This document shows positions 11,201 through 20,595 of a stretch of 64,000 bases of DNA, in pieces. The DNA lies in the IMG/VR virus record IMGVR_UViG_3300023218_000040, positions 96,001 through 160,000 of that record; one strand, 5' to 3'. Both the position numbers and the translations under genes were made by a program. Numbering within the stretch: position 1 is the first letter of the stretch; each line of letters opens with the position of its first letter. The DNA is from a virus (taxonomy: Duplodnaviria; Caudoviricetes). The notes beneath the pieces are model-generated. The model was not told the origin of the DNA and ran no database searches. It saw nothing but the letters and a program-made list of their open reading frames with translations.

Positions 11201-14200
11201 CTACCACGTATGGTTCGACATCTTGGATTCAAACATCGATCCGCTTCCTTCGGGCTCGCTTGCGAGCGCACGTGTGGCTCTGAATGGGAGTGAAGACGAT
11301 CTTGAGATTGCTACGATTGTGGCGGATGTCATTAATAACTTCCAGGATGGAAATGTGTTTTCAACAAACATACCACAGCCTGGATTTGAAGTAGTAGAGA
11401 TTACTAACTTGGAGGTTGGAGCATCTAGTGACATTGCTACTGATGTGGCAGCAACTACACCAGCGGGTGTAACGTTTGCCACGATCACGCAAGGAAACGG
11501 ACCTAACGCTGATCCGGCCACTACTGCCAATGGTCACAAGGTGGCTATTAATGCTACTGACAGCGGGATCGATATTGCTACCAAGACGGCTGCGGTGCTA
11601 GCGGCTGTTGATGCATTTGCTGAAACCCTTTCGGTTAACTCAACAGTTACAGTAGTGAACTCCGAGTCTGGAAACGTAACTGATGCTGTAGACATTGATG
11701 CTGGTGTTATGATCAGTATTACTCAAAATGGTTCTGGTTCCCTAAACACAGCACCACCATCGGGTGGAAACACTCTGGTAGAAGTAGCTGTGATTTCGTC
11801 GGATACCAATGTTAATGTTGCAACCAAGTTGGTTACAGCACTCCAGAGTGCAGACACGGACTTTGCTGACTCGTCGAACACCGAGGGAGTGTCTCCGATT
11901 GTTCGTGTGACGTTGGTAACTGCCGGTAGAGTCATGAATGCGAACGTTGGATTGTTCCTTACGCCTCCGATCATCACAGTACGATCTGGGAATGATGCCA
12001 CCCCAAGCGCTAATCCTTGGGGAGCGGAACAGATCGGATGTTTGTGGTGGAGACCAGCGAGGAAGTTGTTCATCGATTATCGGAGGATTTCTCCAGACTA
12101 TGAAAGCATGTCTGCTGTATGGGGTAAGCCACTGTTCTACAAGTCTACCATTACTAGGACCAATGATGTTGCAGAAGTTGAGCTATTCCAGTTTGATGAC
12201 CATGATAGAAACGGAATACCAGCAGATTTGAATGCAGAGCTTGGGCTTAAAGATGGTGATGAATTCGTGATTAGTATTCGTGGTGCAGATCAGCCCGAAT
12301 ACAACCTAACGAACGTTACTGCCACAGTGGCCAGCGCTACAACAGGTCTATTACAGTTTGAAATCGCAACTAATCCAGTCAGTCCTGGTACTGGAGACAT
12401 TGAAGTTGTGTTTGGACACATGGACATTTACGAGTGGGTGGAGTCCATGGTTCCTCCACAAGAGTGGGTTGATTTTGTTAGCGATTTGGATGATCCCACG
12501 CACCCTAATGGTACACCATTGAATGTAGATGAACCATCGTTCGTGGAGATCGAAGAAGAACTGGCTGATGGTCGAACCAGGAATTTGTATTACTTTTGGG
12601 TGCTGAATAGCACTGGTGATAACACCAAAAATGCACTACCAGTAGAAGGTGATCCTGGTAAGGAGTTCACATCGTTTGAGATTTCTCAGCGCTTAACTAA
12701 CCCAACGGCTCGTGGTCTTGCATGGTTCGCTCCAATTAATGAAAGTCACATGTACATTCATACCGATGGAGAAAAGGTGTTGGATGACTATGGTATTCAG
12801 ATTAACATTGACTCTCGTTGCATGCAGACTCACCATGAATTTGTTTTAGTATCGGAAAACAACCAGTTCTTCCCAATTCCAGAACAGATCGTAGAGAAGA
12901 TGATTGATTCTTTGAGTGGGCAGGATGCCAAAGGTAATACTGTGCCTTCCCCGTTGCTCGAAGTTACCGAGCGCTTTGGTTCCTGCTTCTTCCCTATACA
13001 AACGGTTTTCCCGGGCAGGGAAGCCGCTGTGGATGTGTATGTTACTGCCATCAACCGAATTCTGAGCAGGAGAGATTTGACTGGAACAGATGGATTGCTG
13101 AGTATCTTCCAATTGGATGAAGAATACGATGAGACTACCAACCCAACAGGTTTCTGGCAACGTGCTCCGTTTGAAGATCCATCAATTGATGATTTGACAC
13201 CGCTTGAAACGGTAGCGACGATTGCTGAGCGTGATCGTAGGCTGAGTTTTGGGTTCTACGTAGAGGGTGATTTGGTGCGAGTTGTGGACTCTGGATTTAT
13301 TGATGCCTGGGATGGCTCCAGCGTGGCTGCTACTTTCCAGCTTCGTGATACTGAATTCTTCCAGGTCTCCATCGATAACAAGACTGCCGCATTGAATGAC
13401 AACGTGGACAACAACGTTACTCGCTTCCGTAGTCTGTTTGGTCAGATCTATGATTTGTTGCTGGAGCGCATAGAGCAAAACGAGTTGATCTTCTCACTAT
13501 TGAATGAGATGCTTATTCAGAACCCAGATCCAACATGCGATTGGTTCTTCAAGACTTCGTATGTGACGACTCAAACCTTCACATCGATTGACACATCACC
13601 ATTCGTCCGACCAGATGAAGTGGCGGCTATTCGTGATGCGCTACTGTCTACTAAGCCATTCCGAACTAAGATACGTGGTGATATCAACACCATTGGTGGA
13701 ATCAACGACGACACTCCGGTTGAAATCCTGGAGTTCCCAGACCAGAAGATTACGTTGGTCGCTGACCGCTTGTCCTGCAATCTGCTGGACGACTGTGGAT
13801 GGGATACATTTGCCTGGGATACCAGAGACCTGCCTTGCGACCGTTGGGATCTTGCTACCTGGGACTTGCAGAACCTTGGTCGAGAAGAGTTCTACTTGGT
13901 CGAGCAAATCGTTGGTAGTAATGTTCAGACCGTATTCGAAATTGATGCTCTGTTTGATCCTACATTGTACGAGGTCAAGGTTGAGGTACGACAAAATGGT
14001 GTTTTGCAGCCAAATCTGGCGAACCAAATTACTATAGACAAAAGGCACGATAAGATCATCATCGACACGCAGTTTGCGTTGGGTCCAACCTTTACTGTGG
14101 ACGTACTACAGGCTCAGGGCTTCTACGGGGACAACGATCCAACCTTCATTGGCACGACCATAGAGGATACCCTGTTTCAGCCCGCTCCAAGCGATTACAA

Positions 14201-15512
14201 GCACGCTGTGGCCCGTAGCCTGCGTACTCTAAACAGCCCCGGCGGTCCATTCGACCCACGCTCTCAGATGATTGGGTGCACAGACCCGAATGACCCACTA
14301 GGAGGTCGCCCGGAGGAGCGTATCGTCACCGATGTGTGTGACAGTGTAAACATTTGCGTCATCAATGATCCATCTGATGCTTTGGCTGGATGGGATGCTA
14401 CTCCATGGGATGTTATTCCATGGGATATCGCTCCTGGTGACGTTGGTAGAAGGGTGTTTATTGTCAGTGTTGGTAAGCAGATTGAAGTTCCTGCTGGTAC
14501 TGAGATGTTCGCAACCAGCGAAGACATCACGGTAGTCGATCCGTTCGCTATCATTGGAACTGAACCTCAGTCCTTTAATCTCGCTCAGGTCGAACAGCAG
14601 AAGGGTGGCATAGGACCATTTAATGTTCTTACCGAGGGAGTCGAGTACGAGTCTTTGGGTATCTTCATGAATGGTATCCGAACTAAGATTCCATCAGATC
14701 AAGAATTCGTAACCGATGGTGCAACGCAGCAGTTCCAGACTACAATGGACACTGAAATTGCCGCCGTGTACCTGGATGGTTTCTTACAGGTGGAAGGCGT
14801 AGATTATACCCTTGATGTGCAACGAATGGAGATTACATTCACCGTTGTACCAACGCCAAATCGTTTGGTTAAGGCTGCATTCCTACCGTACATCGAGGCA
14901 GGAGACGTAATCAGATATCGATTCAATGGTTGGCCACTTGGTCCAGAAGGACGATTCACTGTTGGAACGTTGGTTGGTGGATTGACCGGTTTGCCGTACG
15001 ACATATTTCGTGGACAATTCACGTTCGATTCTCTACCACCGGCAAACGAGTTCTTTACCATTCAGTTTACCGAACCTAGATTGAATGGTCTACCGGAGTC
15101 TATTTTGGTCCGTATGCCAGAGATCGTTGCCGATATTTTGGATAACCATGAATCGTATGATGAACCGAATGGGTTCAATCAGTTCCGTCCAGTCGGAACC
15201 CGTATCATCAACAGTACAACGAATGAGATTTACATATGGAATGGCACCATGTGGAACCTGGATGCTGCATTGGCAATTGGTACACAAGTTTTCGTGACGA
15301 GAACTCAAGAGATTTGGCAGTTCAATGGTGTTGCCTTCTTTAAGGTGTTTGATGTTGGTGACACCTTCACCAAACCACCGGTTCTAGATTATCCACTATT
15401 TGGCCGTGGAATCACCTTCGGAACCTATGCTTTTGGTCAATCTGTTAATGCAAATGTGGAATATCCGGATGCTTACCAAGTCATTCAGCATTCTGGGGAT
15501 TGCCCACCGTAA
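5232..15512 (+). CDS. Very large virion structural protein (baseplate wedge / VrlC-like, jumbo-phage type), 3426 aa
   Basis: N-terminal FYAWTPPIDYDKHINFSRYRW and central HSHPWEVMGYFIEPDWW motifs as recalled from giant baseplate proteins of RaK2-like phages. Thr/Gly/Ser-rich beta insert at about 10.6-12.0 kb; WD/PWD repeats. Lies among structural genes. Confidence 0.7.
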   Translation: MAKQRRVFNNYPESLRTRQNNRETFIADDPLFEPEQANFLNGFIGDVSVLTDEDLARKPVVLEMTPERQKYQLSVGANFIDPDSQERVSAAFYTDMINQIEANGGFVDDPNRVFATNFYAWTPPIDYDKHINFSRYRWVGVGSADVQGEFITIEPSHSKTVIYEWDGSNMQQRNVSIVNGLPPIEPDGTFVEDASVAERFIYRSNGVIWVLLNLDMVPVIPTQTATLDIPSYFYVTRTGPEFNRPLVWKYSGDAGRWIPQPVIVSSEEPETIRDGMVWEDVRVGSERVLKVAANGAFSDLIYTASDGPPGAPGTDGEYIYDTRNFSDLDPNSWEANNWWRHHEDLSPEDAARAGEDQATRPIIEFWNGLEQVVGDVRDGRNDSPVFKKFAYDVGIDTIIDTGEGTTIFEYQRGSGRDDFVLGFPLVFNDTGEFIFELTLETDTSSFIGYKYFLDTNTNVTHGIWFKSDVLTNQEQDVNGIYEIPVGISSNPDHDILTAPSRSRMLGHMTSIMKAQSTFSGSEFGLNSYRWTNRNPTIGSTIIDAEQTHLRTLATLQRTSLDVPNSIRTMAKEYNKVLFRFTNRLNQYWNELRFNTGSGTLTVTAAEAVDGILTSMFIGRNEDFPFYLSDMGTYLETTIEAGVPTVINPDPRPIFIAPSAARVGASPCFVPDTFEDRDGVTRLRGHEGMIVPSFGDERDLVWLELQNRFFASVPTRKCSETSSFSSRFSRSNFFLQDFYGNFVPNTSTDPVDDVVTDYNAIVGPADGLRVFSAIQAVIAVFSGGQWLLREALTDEVFLNLNDNEYYIFNGQSVNLIDRWNNPFDFDYTTNEFREIVRRDFERFILFREQDFSENITFDEPDRFTWNYRSAGVEGHYLGIYRRIYNTVRPHSHPWEVMGYFIEPDWWRTQYVPDSTAADGTPRYGSAHSMWADFAAGVVDHPSGPIQRDKFVITAPVPVDASGNLLDPIAAGVVDESKVDKERIDDIWVYGDGAPEEQKFLDSPFNSFSVSLAGYLMKNGIWMDTLWSEIYIGIGEGQVFRAPHVINQTTLTRPAISILPVHLETDSDGNRVQSIGVNAWISEFVNINGGSPNTDFSRVVRNTSPALSWKTSGFINKNRTVISTLSRNEIPFTDVHVLLHKSQPIKSTFCSGVLITRESPNGFRVFGFDQFDPFFTVERPAVPIVGGQVILTEEFTVDFIDNSDPTITGGSVYPNQTLQRTFEVTEFSLPRSGTALDTARLSVIINGLRIKPQFLEVDPDANTVTVDEIIELQEGDEVSVQVVTTQSNPSTQTRQFIVNDVAFPYFVTGTGEFERIEYGRFFETATEVINFMIGYGRFLVSEGWVFDDISEAGSTRDWLLGAQRFARWVLEVQTPWNPNPQLDVLDEDLFFYSPIQNNAKFVSEFGQGQNIESIMNGAFGIVNRRSEPIETDQTFVSRIDDEVTVARVDTSNTDSEIYGLRVNLNEVEHVVLFSNITRFNDIVYDPVSGLAQSTLIVDSYRTLNWEGRAEANGYIIDGGTLLPNFEKQAFDITRLYDRFRTVDNVTKREQARNLYGFVPANQSRFNDPTKSLRERVTSDSSQYMIPIGAADRSRFDFSRGMIQANGTVRPIFAFARGSTIGRDNFFISEDWAWKLQEYGDTRRQTVQIKVDKSDFRDEVQTIQFGGPVVVTNNTIEVPDFNRNDLEADGDRWILPPEACEFGSPCNLKFPIDRNTGLIDVNHYAYYATLYDTESDISIIDHFHYDPEIDRFEPSARSLIDYETPLDPARYNTIPARPETTFIDMTMVNGSTLTINQDGDYFDISSTTARYRFWFSVSNVETTNVITPAGSTFAVDTTPGGGTVAGQVWTLNEAPTDDPHHVWYSVEDSEVSSVTFTGVSGSDFTVPHLIETQTEADYNGVGQNGIFEGGSGYAVADTITLSDGSVLTVDSETAGVIDGFTVTTTGSISIPLSGSQLTQTSTSGSGTGFTLTPRGNNILIVGDFFTVGVPGGFYHVWFDILDSNIDPLPSGSLASARVALNGSEDDLEIATIVADVINNFQDGNVFSTNIPQPGFEVVEITNLEVGASSDIATDVAATTPAGVTFATITQGNGPNADPATTANGHKVAINATDSGIDIATKTAAVLAAVDAFAETLSVNSTVTVVNSESGNVTDAVDIDAGVMISITQNGSGSLNTAPPSGGNTLVEVAVISSDTNVNVATKLVTALQSADTDFADSSNTEGVSPIVRVTLVTAGRVMNANVGLFLTPPIITVRSGNDATPSANPWGAEQIGCLWWRPARKLFIDYRRISPDYESMSAVWGKPLFYKSTITRTNDVAEVELFQFDDHDRNGIPADLNAELGLKDGDEFVISIRGADQPEYNLTNVTATVASATTGLLQFEIATNPVSPGTGDIEVVFGHMDIYEWVESMVPPQEWVDFVSDLDDPTHPNGTPLNVDEPSFVEIEEELADGRTRNLYYFWVLNSTGDNTKNALPVEGDPGKEFTSFEISQRLTNPTARGLAWFAPINESHMYIHTDGEKVLDDYGIQINIDSRCMQTHHEFVLVSENNQFFPIPEQIVEKMIDSLSGQDAKGNTVPSPLLEVTERFGSCFFPIQTVFPGREAAVDVYVTAINRILSRRDLTGTDGLLSIFQLDEEYDETTNPTGFWQRAPFEDPSIDDLTPLETVATIAERDRRLSFGFYVEGDLVRVVDSGFIDAWDGSSVAATFQLRDTEFFQVSIDNKTAALNDNVDNNVTRFRSLFGQIYDLLLERIEQNELIFSLLNEMLIQNPDPTCDWFFKTSYVTTQTFTSIDTSPFVRPDEVAAIRDALLSTKPFRTKIRGDINTIGGINDDTPVEILEFPDQKITLVADRLSCNLLDDCGWDTFAWDTRDLPCDRWDLATWDLQNLGREEFYLVEQIVGSNVQTVFEIDALFDPTLYEVKVEVRQNGVLQPNLANQITIDKRHDKIIIDTQFALGPTFTVDVLQAQGFYGDNDPTFIGTTIEDTLFQPAPSDYKHAVARSLRTLNSPGGPFDPRSQMIGCTDPNDPLGGRPEERIVTDVCDSVNICVINDPSDALAGWDATPWDVIPWDIAPGDVGRRVFIVSVGKQIEVPAGTEMFATSEDITVVDPFAIIGTEPQSFNLAQVEQQKGGIGPFNVLTEGVEYESLGIFMNGIRTKIPSDQEFVTDGATQQFQTTMDTEIAAVYLDGFLQVEGVDYTLDVQRMEITFTVVPTPNRLVKAAFLPYIEAGDVIRYRFNGWPLGPEGRFTVGTLVGGLTGLPYDIFRGQFTFDSLPPANEFFTIQFTEPRLNGLPESILVRMPEIVADILDNHESYDEPNGFNQFRPVGTRIINSTTNEIYIWNGTMWNLDAALAIGTQVFVTRTQEIWQFNGVAFFKVFDVGDTFTKPPVLDYPLFGRGITFGTYAFGQSVNANVEYPDAYQVIQHSGDCPP

Positions 15513-15515
15513 ATA
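15510..15515 (+). promoter_or_regulatory. T4-late-like promoter core TAAATA
   Basis: Overlaps the TAA stop of the giant gene and precedes the 15531 gene. Confidence 0.5.
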
Positions 15516-15530
15516 TGAGTAACTTGGGGA

Positions 15531-16145
15531 TTGAATATGGCTAAGCTGTCAGAAGAAATCAAAATCCGAATCGAAGGTCACGTCAAGATCGTGGAGTATT
15601 TGTCACGAGACGACATCGGTGCTGAGGATAAGGGAAAGGTACTGCTGAACAAGCGCAACGCTATCCACAATGAAAATGCATCGATTGTCATTGCTCGTGG
15701 TCTTGCAAACCGTGAAAACGGCTCGGTGTACACCATGCACTTTGGAACTGGCGGTGCAACCATCGATCCCCTTGGAAATATCAGCTTTGCAACTCCGAAT
15801 ACTGTTGGTGCGGCTGACCTGAATGTACCAGTGTACTTCGAAGTAGTAGACGACACTCTGGATGCCCCCGATGGTAATCAGATGGCTGTCAGGCACATCA
15901 ATGGCACACTATTCTCTGATGTAGAGATTCGCTGTGTTATTGACAAGGATGAGCCATTTGGACAACAGGCATTCGATAATGTGGGATTCAACATTAATGA
16001 TGACTCACAATTCGTGTTTGACGAGATTGGACTGAAGAGTGAGGACGGATTACTGATTACACACATTACGTTTTCACCAATTCAGAAGTCAGCAAATCGC
16101 ATAATCGAAGTAGTTTATTCCTTACGTGTGAGAATTTGTGAATAA
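15531..16145 (+). CDS. Conserved virion structural protein (baseplate/tail associated)
   Basis: IEGHVKI..NAIH.EN, FDEIGL and THITFSPIQKSANRIIEVVYSLRV motifs typical of jumbo-phage tail/baseplate proteins. Start could be ATG 15537. Confidence 0.65.
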   Translation: MNMAKLSEEIKIRIEGHVKIVEYLSRDDIGAEDKGKVLLNKRNAIHNENASIVIARGLANRENGSVYTMHFGTGGATIDPLGNISFATPNTVGAADLNVPVYFEVVDDTLDAPDGNQMAVRHINGTLFSDVEIRCVIDKDEPFGQQAFDNVGFNINDDSQFVFDEIGLKSEDGLLITHITFSPIQKSANRIIEVVYSLRVRICE

Positions 16146-17633
16146 GTGTTGGCTGAAAGGTTCGGAATACCTGTGGGTAATATGAAGAAAGGAACATTAC
16201 AACGCAAGGAATGGGAATTCATTACACGGTCTACTGATGTTCACGGCGGTAAGTACGATTATTCTCTCGTTCGGTATGTCGATAATAAGACACCAGTGAC
16301 GATCATTTGTTCGCAGCATGGTCCTTTTGAGCAAACGCCACAAAAGCACAAAATAGGACAGGGATGTGTTCAATGCAGTAAAGGGAAACTTGACACTGCG
16401 TCATTTATTGAGAGGTCTATGGAGGTTCACGGTAAACGATATGATTATAGCAACGTAGTATATCGAAACAGCAAAACAAAAGTTAGAATTGGATGTCCTA
16501 AACATGGTGAATTCGAACAACGTGCTAGTTCACATCTGTATGGAAATGGTTGCAATGATTGTGCTAATGAATTGGTATCCAACAAGTTCAAGTTAGGGAA
16601 AGACGAGTTCATTCGTCGTAGTCGGAGTATTCATGGTGATCGTTATTATTATGATGATGTTGAATATACGGGAATTTTTGACAACGTAGCGATCTTATGT
16701 TCGGAACATGGAGTCTTTTATCAGACGCCAGATTGTCACTTGAAGGGGTACAATTGCCCTAAATGTTCAGGTCGAATATCTCAGCATGAAACTAAAATCG
16801 GGAATTTTATAGAAGATTTAGGCTTTGATGTGGTCCGTAATTCTCGTTCATTGATTCCTCCGTATGAGATAGACATTTATATTCCTGAGAGAGATCTAGG
16901 GATAGAGTTTTGCGGACTGCACTGGCACCGTGAGGATGCAAAAGGAAAAACATACCATTCTGACAAGAAAAGAATATTCGATGGTAGATTAATAACCATA
17001 TTTGAAGATGAGTGGCTTACGAAACGTGATGCGGTGGAATCTATTATAAGAAATGCTCTTGGTGTATCCAGACGTGGAGTGCCCGGGCGGAAAACAATAG
17101 TAGAAGAAGTATCGTATTCAGATGTATCTTGGTTTTTTGATCGTTATCATATTCAAGGTGCATCTAGAGGTTCTGTTCATCTTGCAGCGGTTGATGGAAG
17201 TGGTGGAATGGTTGCTGCTATGACATTCTCTAAACCACAACGACAATCTAGATATCAATGGGAACTTAGTCGATACGTGACTGACGGTGATATTCATGCG
17301 GGGTTGGCCACGAAGATGTTTTCTCAATTTCAAAAACTATATGCCCCGGTATCCGTAGTCACTTTTGCTGACCGACGATGGTTCGATGGTGGAGTTTATG
17401 AACGAATGGGGTTCGTTCTGGATGGATTAGTACCTGTGGATTATCACTATGTCAAGCATGACAGACGTTACCACAAATCGGCATTCAGAAAGGCAAACAT
17501 AGCCAAAAAGTTTGGTATTCCTATTGATGGTTTTACAGAAAAGGAGTTAATGGAATCCCAGGGATACAGCAGGATTTGGGATTGCGGAAAAGTTAGATAT
17601 GTGTTCACTACAAGAAACCTATTATCCGAGTAA
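16146..17633 (+). mobile_element. Free-standing putative homing endonuclease (three DUF723-like zinc-binding repeats, PD-(D/E)XK nuclease, C-terminal GNAT-like domain; Hef-like)
   Basis: Three YDYS..Y......V.I.C..HG.F.Q....H..G..C..C repeats, EIDIYIPERDLGIEFCGLHWH, and WELSRY...TFADRRW..G.VY...GF. Visibly AT-richer and inserted within the structural operon. Confidence 0.7.
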
Positions 17634-17636
17634 ATA
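17631..17636 (+). promoter_or_regulatory. T4-late-like promoter core TAAATA
   Basis: Overlaps the endonuclease stop and precedes ATG 17661. Confidence 0.5.
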
Positions 17637-17660
17637 TGAATAACAGAGGTCGAAAACAAT

Positions 17661-18323
17661 ATGCCAGCCATTAACATCACGAATAGCCGAGGAGTAGTTG
17701 TAGCAACCATCAACGTGGGTACCACGTCTGGTACTGCTTTCCCTGTAGAGATTCAAGGGCAAGGAATTAGCCCGTACGGACCCATCTACGGCGATACGAT
17801 CTACCATCTACTGGAGAACTTCGCACGGGATACTGAGCCAACTAACCCGGTCGAAGGTATGGATTGGTATAAGGAAGACATTCAGATTCCACATTTCTAT
17901 AATGGAACCAAGTTCGTCCCGTACATCACAGGAGCGACAGGAGCTACTGGTCTATTCAATATGCTTCCTACTGCTGAAAATGTAGATTTCACCACCACCG
18001 GGCTAACAGATATCTTCACTGCGCCATCAGATGGAACCACGTGGCATCCAACGATGGTCATTCTGTATCCACGTGCGGTAGTTGATGTCACCGATCCAGC
18101 GCAATTCAACCTACGAATTGCTTCGGACGAGGATGTCATGGAAAATGCAATCGTTAACAACCCCACGACTGAAACTCACTTTTCATATCAGATTATGGGT
18201 AGAACTCGCTTTGTAAGCGATGCAGAAACAATCCAGCTTAATGTTCAACAAGCCGCAATGGGTGGCGGATCTCTTGATTTGAGATTCGATGTATTTCTAT
18301 TCGGTTGGAACAAGCAGGTGTAA
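17661..18323 (+). CDS. Tail/baseplate-associated structural protein
   Basis: N-terminal GQGISPYG..Y......LLENFA...P.NPVEG..W motif of jumbo-phage tail fibre/baseplate proteins. Confidence 0.65.
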   Translation: MPAINITNSRGVVVATINVGTTSGTAFPVEIQGQGISPYGPIYGDTIYHLLENFARDTEPTNPVEGMDWYKEDIQIPHFYNGTKFVPYITGATGATGLFNMLPTAENVDFTTTGLTDIFTAPSDGTTWHPTMVILYPRAVVDVTDPAQFNLRIASDEDVMENAIVNNPTTETHFSYQIMGRTRFVSDAETIQLNVQQAAMGGGSLDLRFDVFLFGWNKQV

Positions 18324-18335
18324 GGGCAAAGGATA

Positions 18336-19937
18336 ATGGCAATCGTACTCATTCCATATGGACAACTACAAAGTGGTAGACTAGGCATCGCAGTTGATGA
18401 CGTTAGTGGTCAGCCGATTGCCAGTGCTATCGAAGTTCAAGCTACTTTGCCGTTGATCGGTGATGCAGATAACTTTGATGGTCGAATGGTGTTTGCCATT
18501 GATACTCAGATCTTGTATGTATTCAAAGCTGGCGGTCCAGAATGGTTTCCGTTGGAGGGTATTCCAGTTGTGGTTGGTGTGTGTAGTGGTTCCCCTGCAC
18601 CAAATGGCCAGCCTAGACCTCCAGTTACTGGTAGCGAAGTCACCGGTACCATGTTTTATTGCACGGACACCGATGTAACGTTTGTATGGGATGGTGGAGT
18701 TTGGCAGCCAATTGGTGGTCGATTTGCTGGTCGTTGGATTGAGCAAAAGAACATTTCAACTGGTGTTGCTGGACCAAACGGAGACACCTTCGCTCTTGGT
18801 GGAACACCAGTCGCAGGAGAGTTTGTAGAGGTCTTCTTGGATGGTGTACGTCAAGTAAGAAACCCTGGTGGTGACTACAATGTAGTTGGTGCTAATGTTA
18901 TCTTTTCTGCACCAATTCCGGTTGATGTTGAGGTATTCACCCGCACATTCATTTCAACTGTTTTGGAGGGTCCAGCGATTCTTCCTAACACCCAGGTTAC
19001 CAATGTAAAGCACACTGCTGTCGTGGGTCAAACAGATTTTGATATTGGAATTCCGGCGGTAGAACCTAGTGGAGTATTTGTATTCGTTAATGGTCTGGTC
19101 CAGTGCGGTGGTGGAGTTGACTATTTGGTTAGCACTTCTGACACCACGATCACTAGTATTACTCGTTCCGGAACCACTGCTACGGCAACCACGTTGAACC
19201 CTCATGGAGCTAGCATTGGCTCAGATGTAGAAATCTCTGGTGCTACCGAATCCGATTATAATGGTACATTCACGATTACTGCTATTCCGACTGGCTCTAG
19301 TTTCCAGTTCACAATTCCAGTCACTGCCCCACTATCGGCTACCGGAAATCCGGTTATCTTCTACACTCCTCCATTTATCAATGATGAGATCATCTTCACT
19401 TCTCCGCTTTCTGGTGGAGAGCTTGTAGACATCCGGGTGTTCAAAAGCCTTGTGACAGCACCATCAGACGGAGAAGACAACACGGCATCTAATATCGGTA
19501 CTGGTGAAGGTATATTCTCGGCCAAGAGTGGCGTGGATCTGAGGTTCAAAACTCTTGAGGCTGGACCAAACATCAACATCGTTGATCTTGGAAATGAGCT
19601 TCAGATCTCGACTTCTGTTGGTGCGACCTTCGAGGGTCGTAACGGCATCAACACAAACTTGCATTTGCTTGCAGACACAGAGAGCTACATTGGCGTAAGA
19701 AATACGTCTTTTATTGTAACTATTGATGTGTCAACTGTGCCAGCAGGAACTGCTGGTTCTGGTCGTCGTGTAGTGATTACCGATGAATCGGGCGGTGCAG
19801 GAATAAACAACATTCTGATCTCACACGTAGGTGCCACGTTCAGCGGAGGAGCATCGCCGCTTATCATCAACACGAACCATGGTTCCAAGACCATCGTGTT
19901 TGATGGATCGAACTGGCACATCGTGGCAGAGACATAA
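18336..19937 (+). CDS. Tail fibre-like structural protein
   Basis: Beta-rich repeats (FLDGVRQ..DY, FVNGLVQ..DY), an ITSITRSGTTATAT..HG..G..V.ISGA...YNG.F module and an NIGTGEGIF..K.G..L.FK.L segment. Confidence 0.65.
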   Translation: MAIVLIPYGQLQSGRLGIAVDDVSGQPIASAIEVQATLPLIGDADNFDGRMVFAIDTQILYVFKAGGPEWFPLEGIPVVVGVCSGSPAPNGQPRPPVTGSEVTGTMFYCTDTDVTFVWDGGVWQPIGGRFAGRWIEQKNISTGVAGPNGDTFALGGTPVAGEFVEVFLDGVRQVRNPGGDYNVVGANVIFSAPIPVDVEVFTRTFISTVLEGPAILPNTQVTNVKHTAVVGQTDFDIGIPAVEPSGVFVFVNGLVQCGGGVDYLVSTSDTTITSITRSGTTATATTLNPHGASIGSDVEISGATESDYNGTFTITAIPTGSSFQFTIPVTAPLSATGNPVIFYTPPFINDEIIFTSPLSGGELVDIRVFKSLVTAPSDGEDNTASNIGTGEGIFSAKSGVDLRFKTLEAGPNINIVDLGNELQISTSVGATFEGRNGINTNLHLLADTESYIGVRNTSFIVTIDVSTVPAGTAGSGRRVVITDESGGAGINNILISHVGATFSGGASPLIINTNHGSKTIVFDGSNWHIVAET

Positions 19938-19952
19938 TTGGAGATATAGAAC

Positions 19953-20585
19953 ATGGTAACCAGGACAACAAGAGATGTCATGGACTTGGGAGGACCGGGT
20001 GGAGTCAACCGTCCTATCACACTTGGTATTGATGTTGACGGAGACTGCGGTGCGAACTTTACCATCGATGGTGTAACCATTGGTGATACGGTCCCGTGTG
20101 ACGGAACATTCGTTAATTTGACTGCTACAAACTTAGTAGTCACTGGCACCATTGACGGGACTGGTGCTACTCTAATTGGTTCATGGCAAGCTACATACTC
20201 TGACATCGCTGAGAGATACCTTGCGGACAAGGAGTACGCTCCTGGAACTGTAGTGAAAATTGGTGGAGAAAAAGAAATCACCGCCACGACCCGTTCGGCA
20301 GATCCGGATGTGTTTGGTGTTATTTCCACTCAACCAGCGTACGTCTTGAATTCTGGCGAAGAGGGGCTATATTTGTCAGTGGTGCTGGTTGGTCGTATTC
20401 CAGTTCGAGTAGTCGGACCAGTAACAAAGGGTTCACGCATGATTGCTTCGAATGTTCCTGGTGTAGCACGGGCAGCCAAGGGTTCAGAGAAGGGATGCAA
20501 CGTACCAATCTTCGGTCGTTCATTGGAAGATGACGACCGTGAAGAAGAGCGTCTGGTAGAAGTAGCATTCGTAACCGTACGATAA
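19953..20585 (+). CDS. Tail-fibre protein with C-terminal autocleaving chaperone-like domain (peptidase G2/S74-like)
   Basis: YSDIAERY..D..Y.PGTVV.IGGEKEIT...VFGVIST.PAY.LN...V.L.GR.PVRV.G motif. Confidence 0.65.
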   Translation: MVTRTTRDVMDLGGPGGVNRPITLGIDVDGDCGANFTIDGVTIGDTVPCDGTFVNLTATNLVVTGTIDGTGATLIGSWQATYSDIAERYLADKEYAPGTVVKIGGEKEITATTRSADPDVFGVISTQPAYVLNSGEEGLYLSVVLVGRIPVRVVGPVTKGSRMIASNVPGVARAAKGSEKGCNVPIFGRSLEDDDREEERLVEVAFVTVR

Positions 20586-20595
20586 GAGGTTCAAG

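Noticed and set aside
16146-17530. Similar peptides LAERFGIPVG (N-terminus) and IAKKFGIPID (C-terminus) in the endonuclease
   Set aside because: The match is short, the DNA is not a clear repeat, and the N-terminal copy may lie upstream of the true start (ATG 16182). Probably chance.
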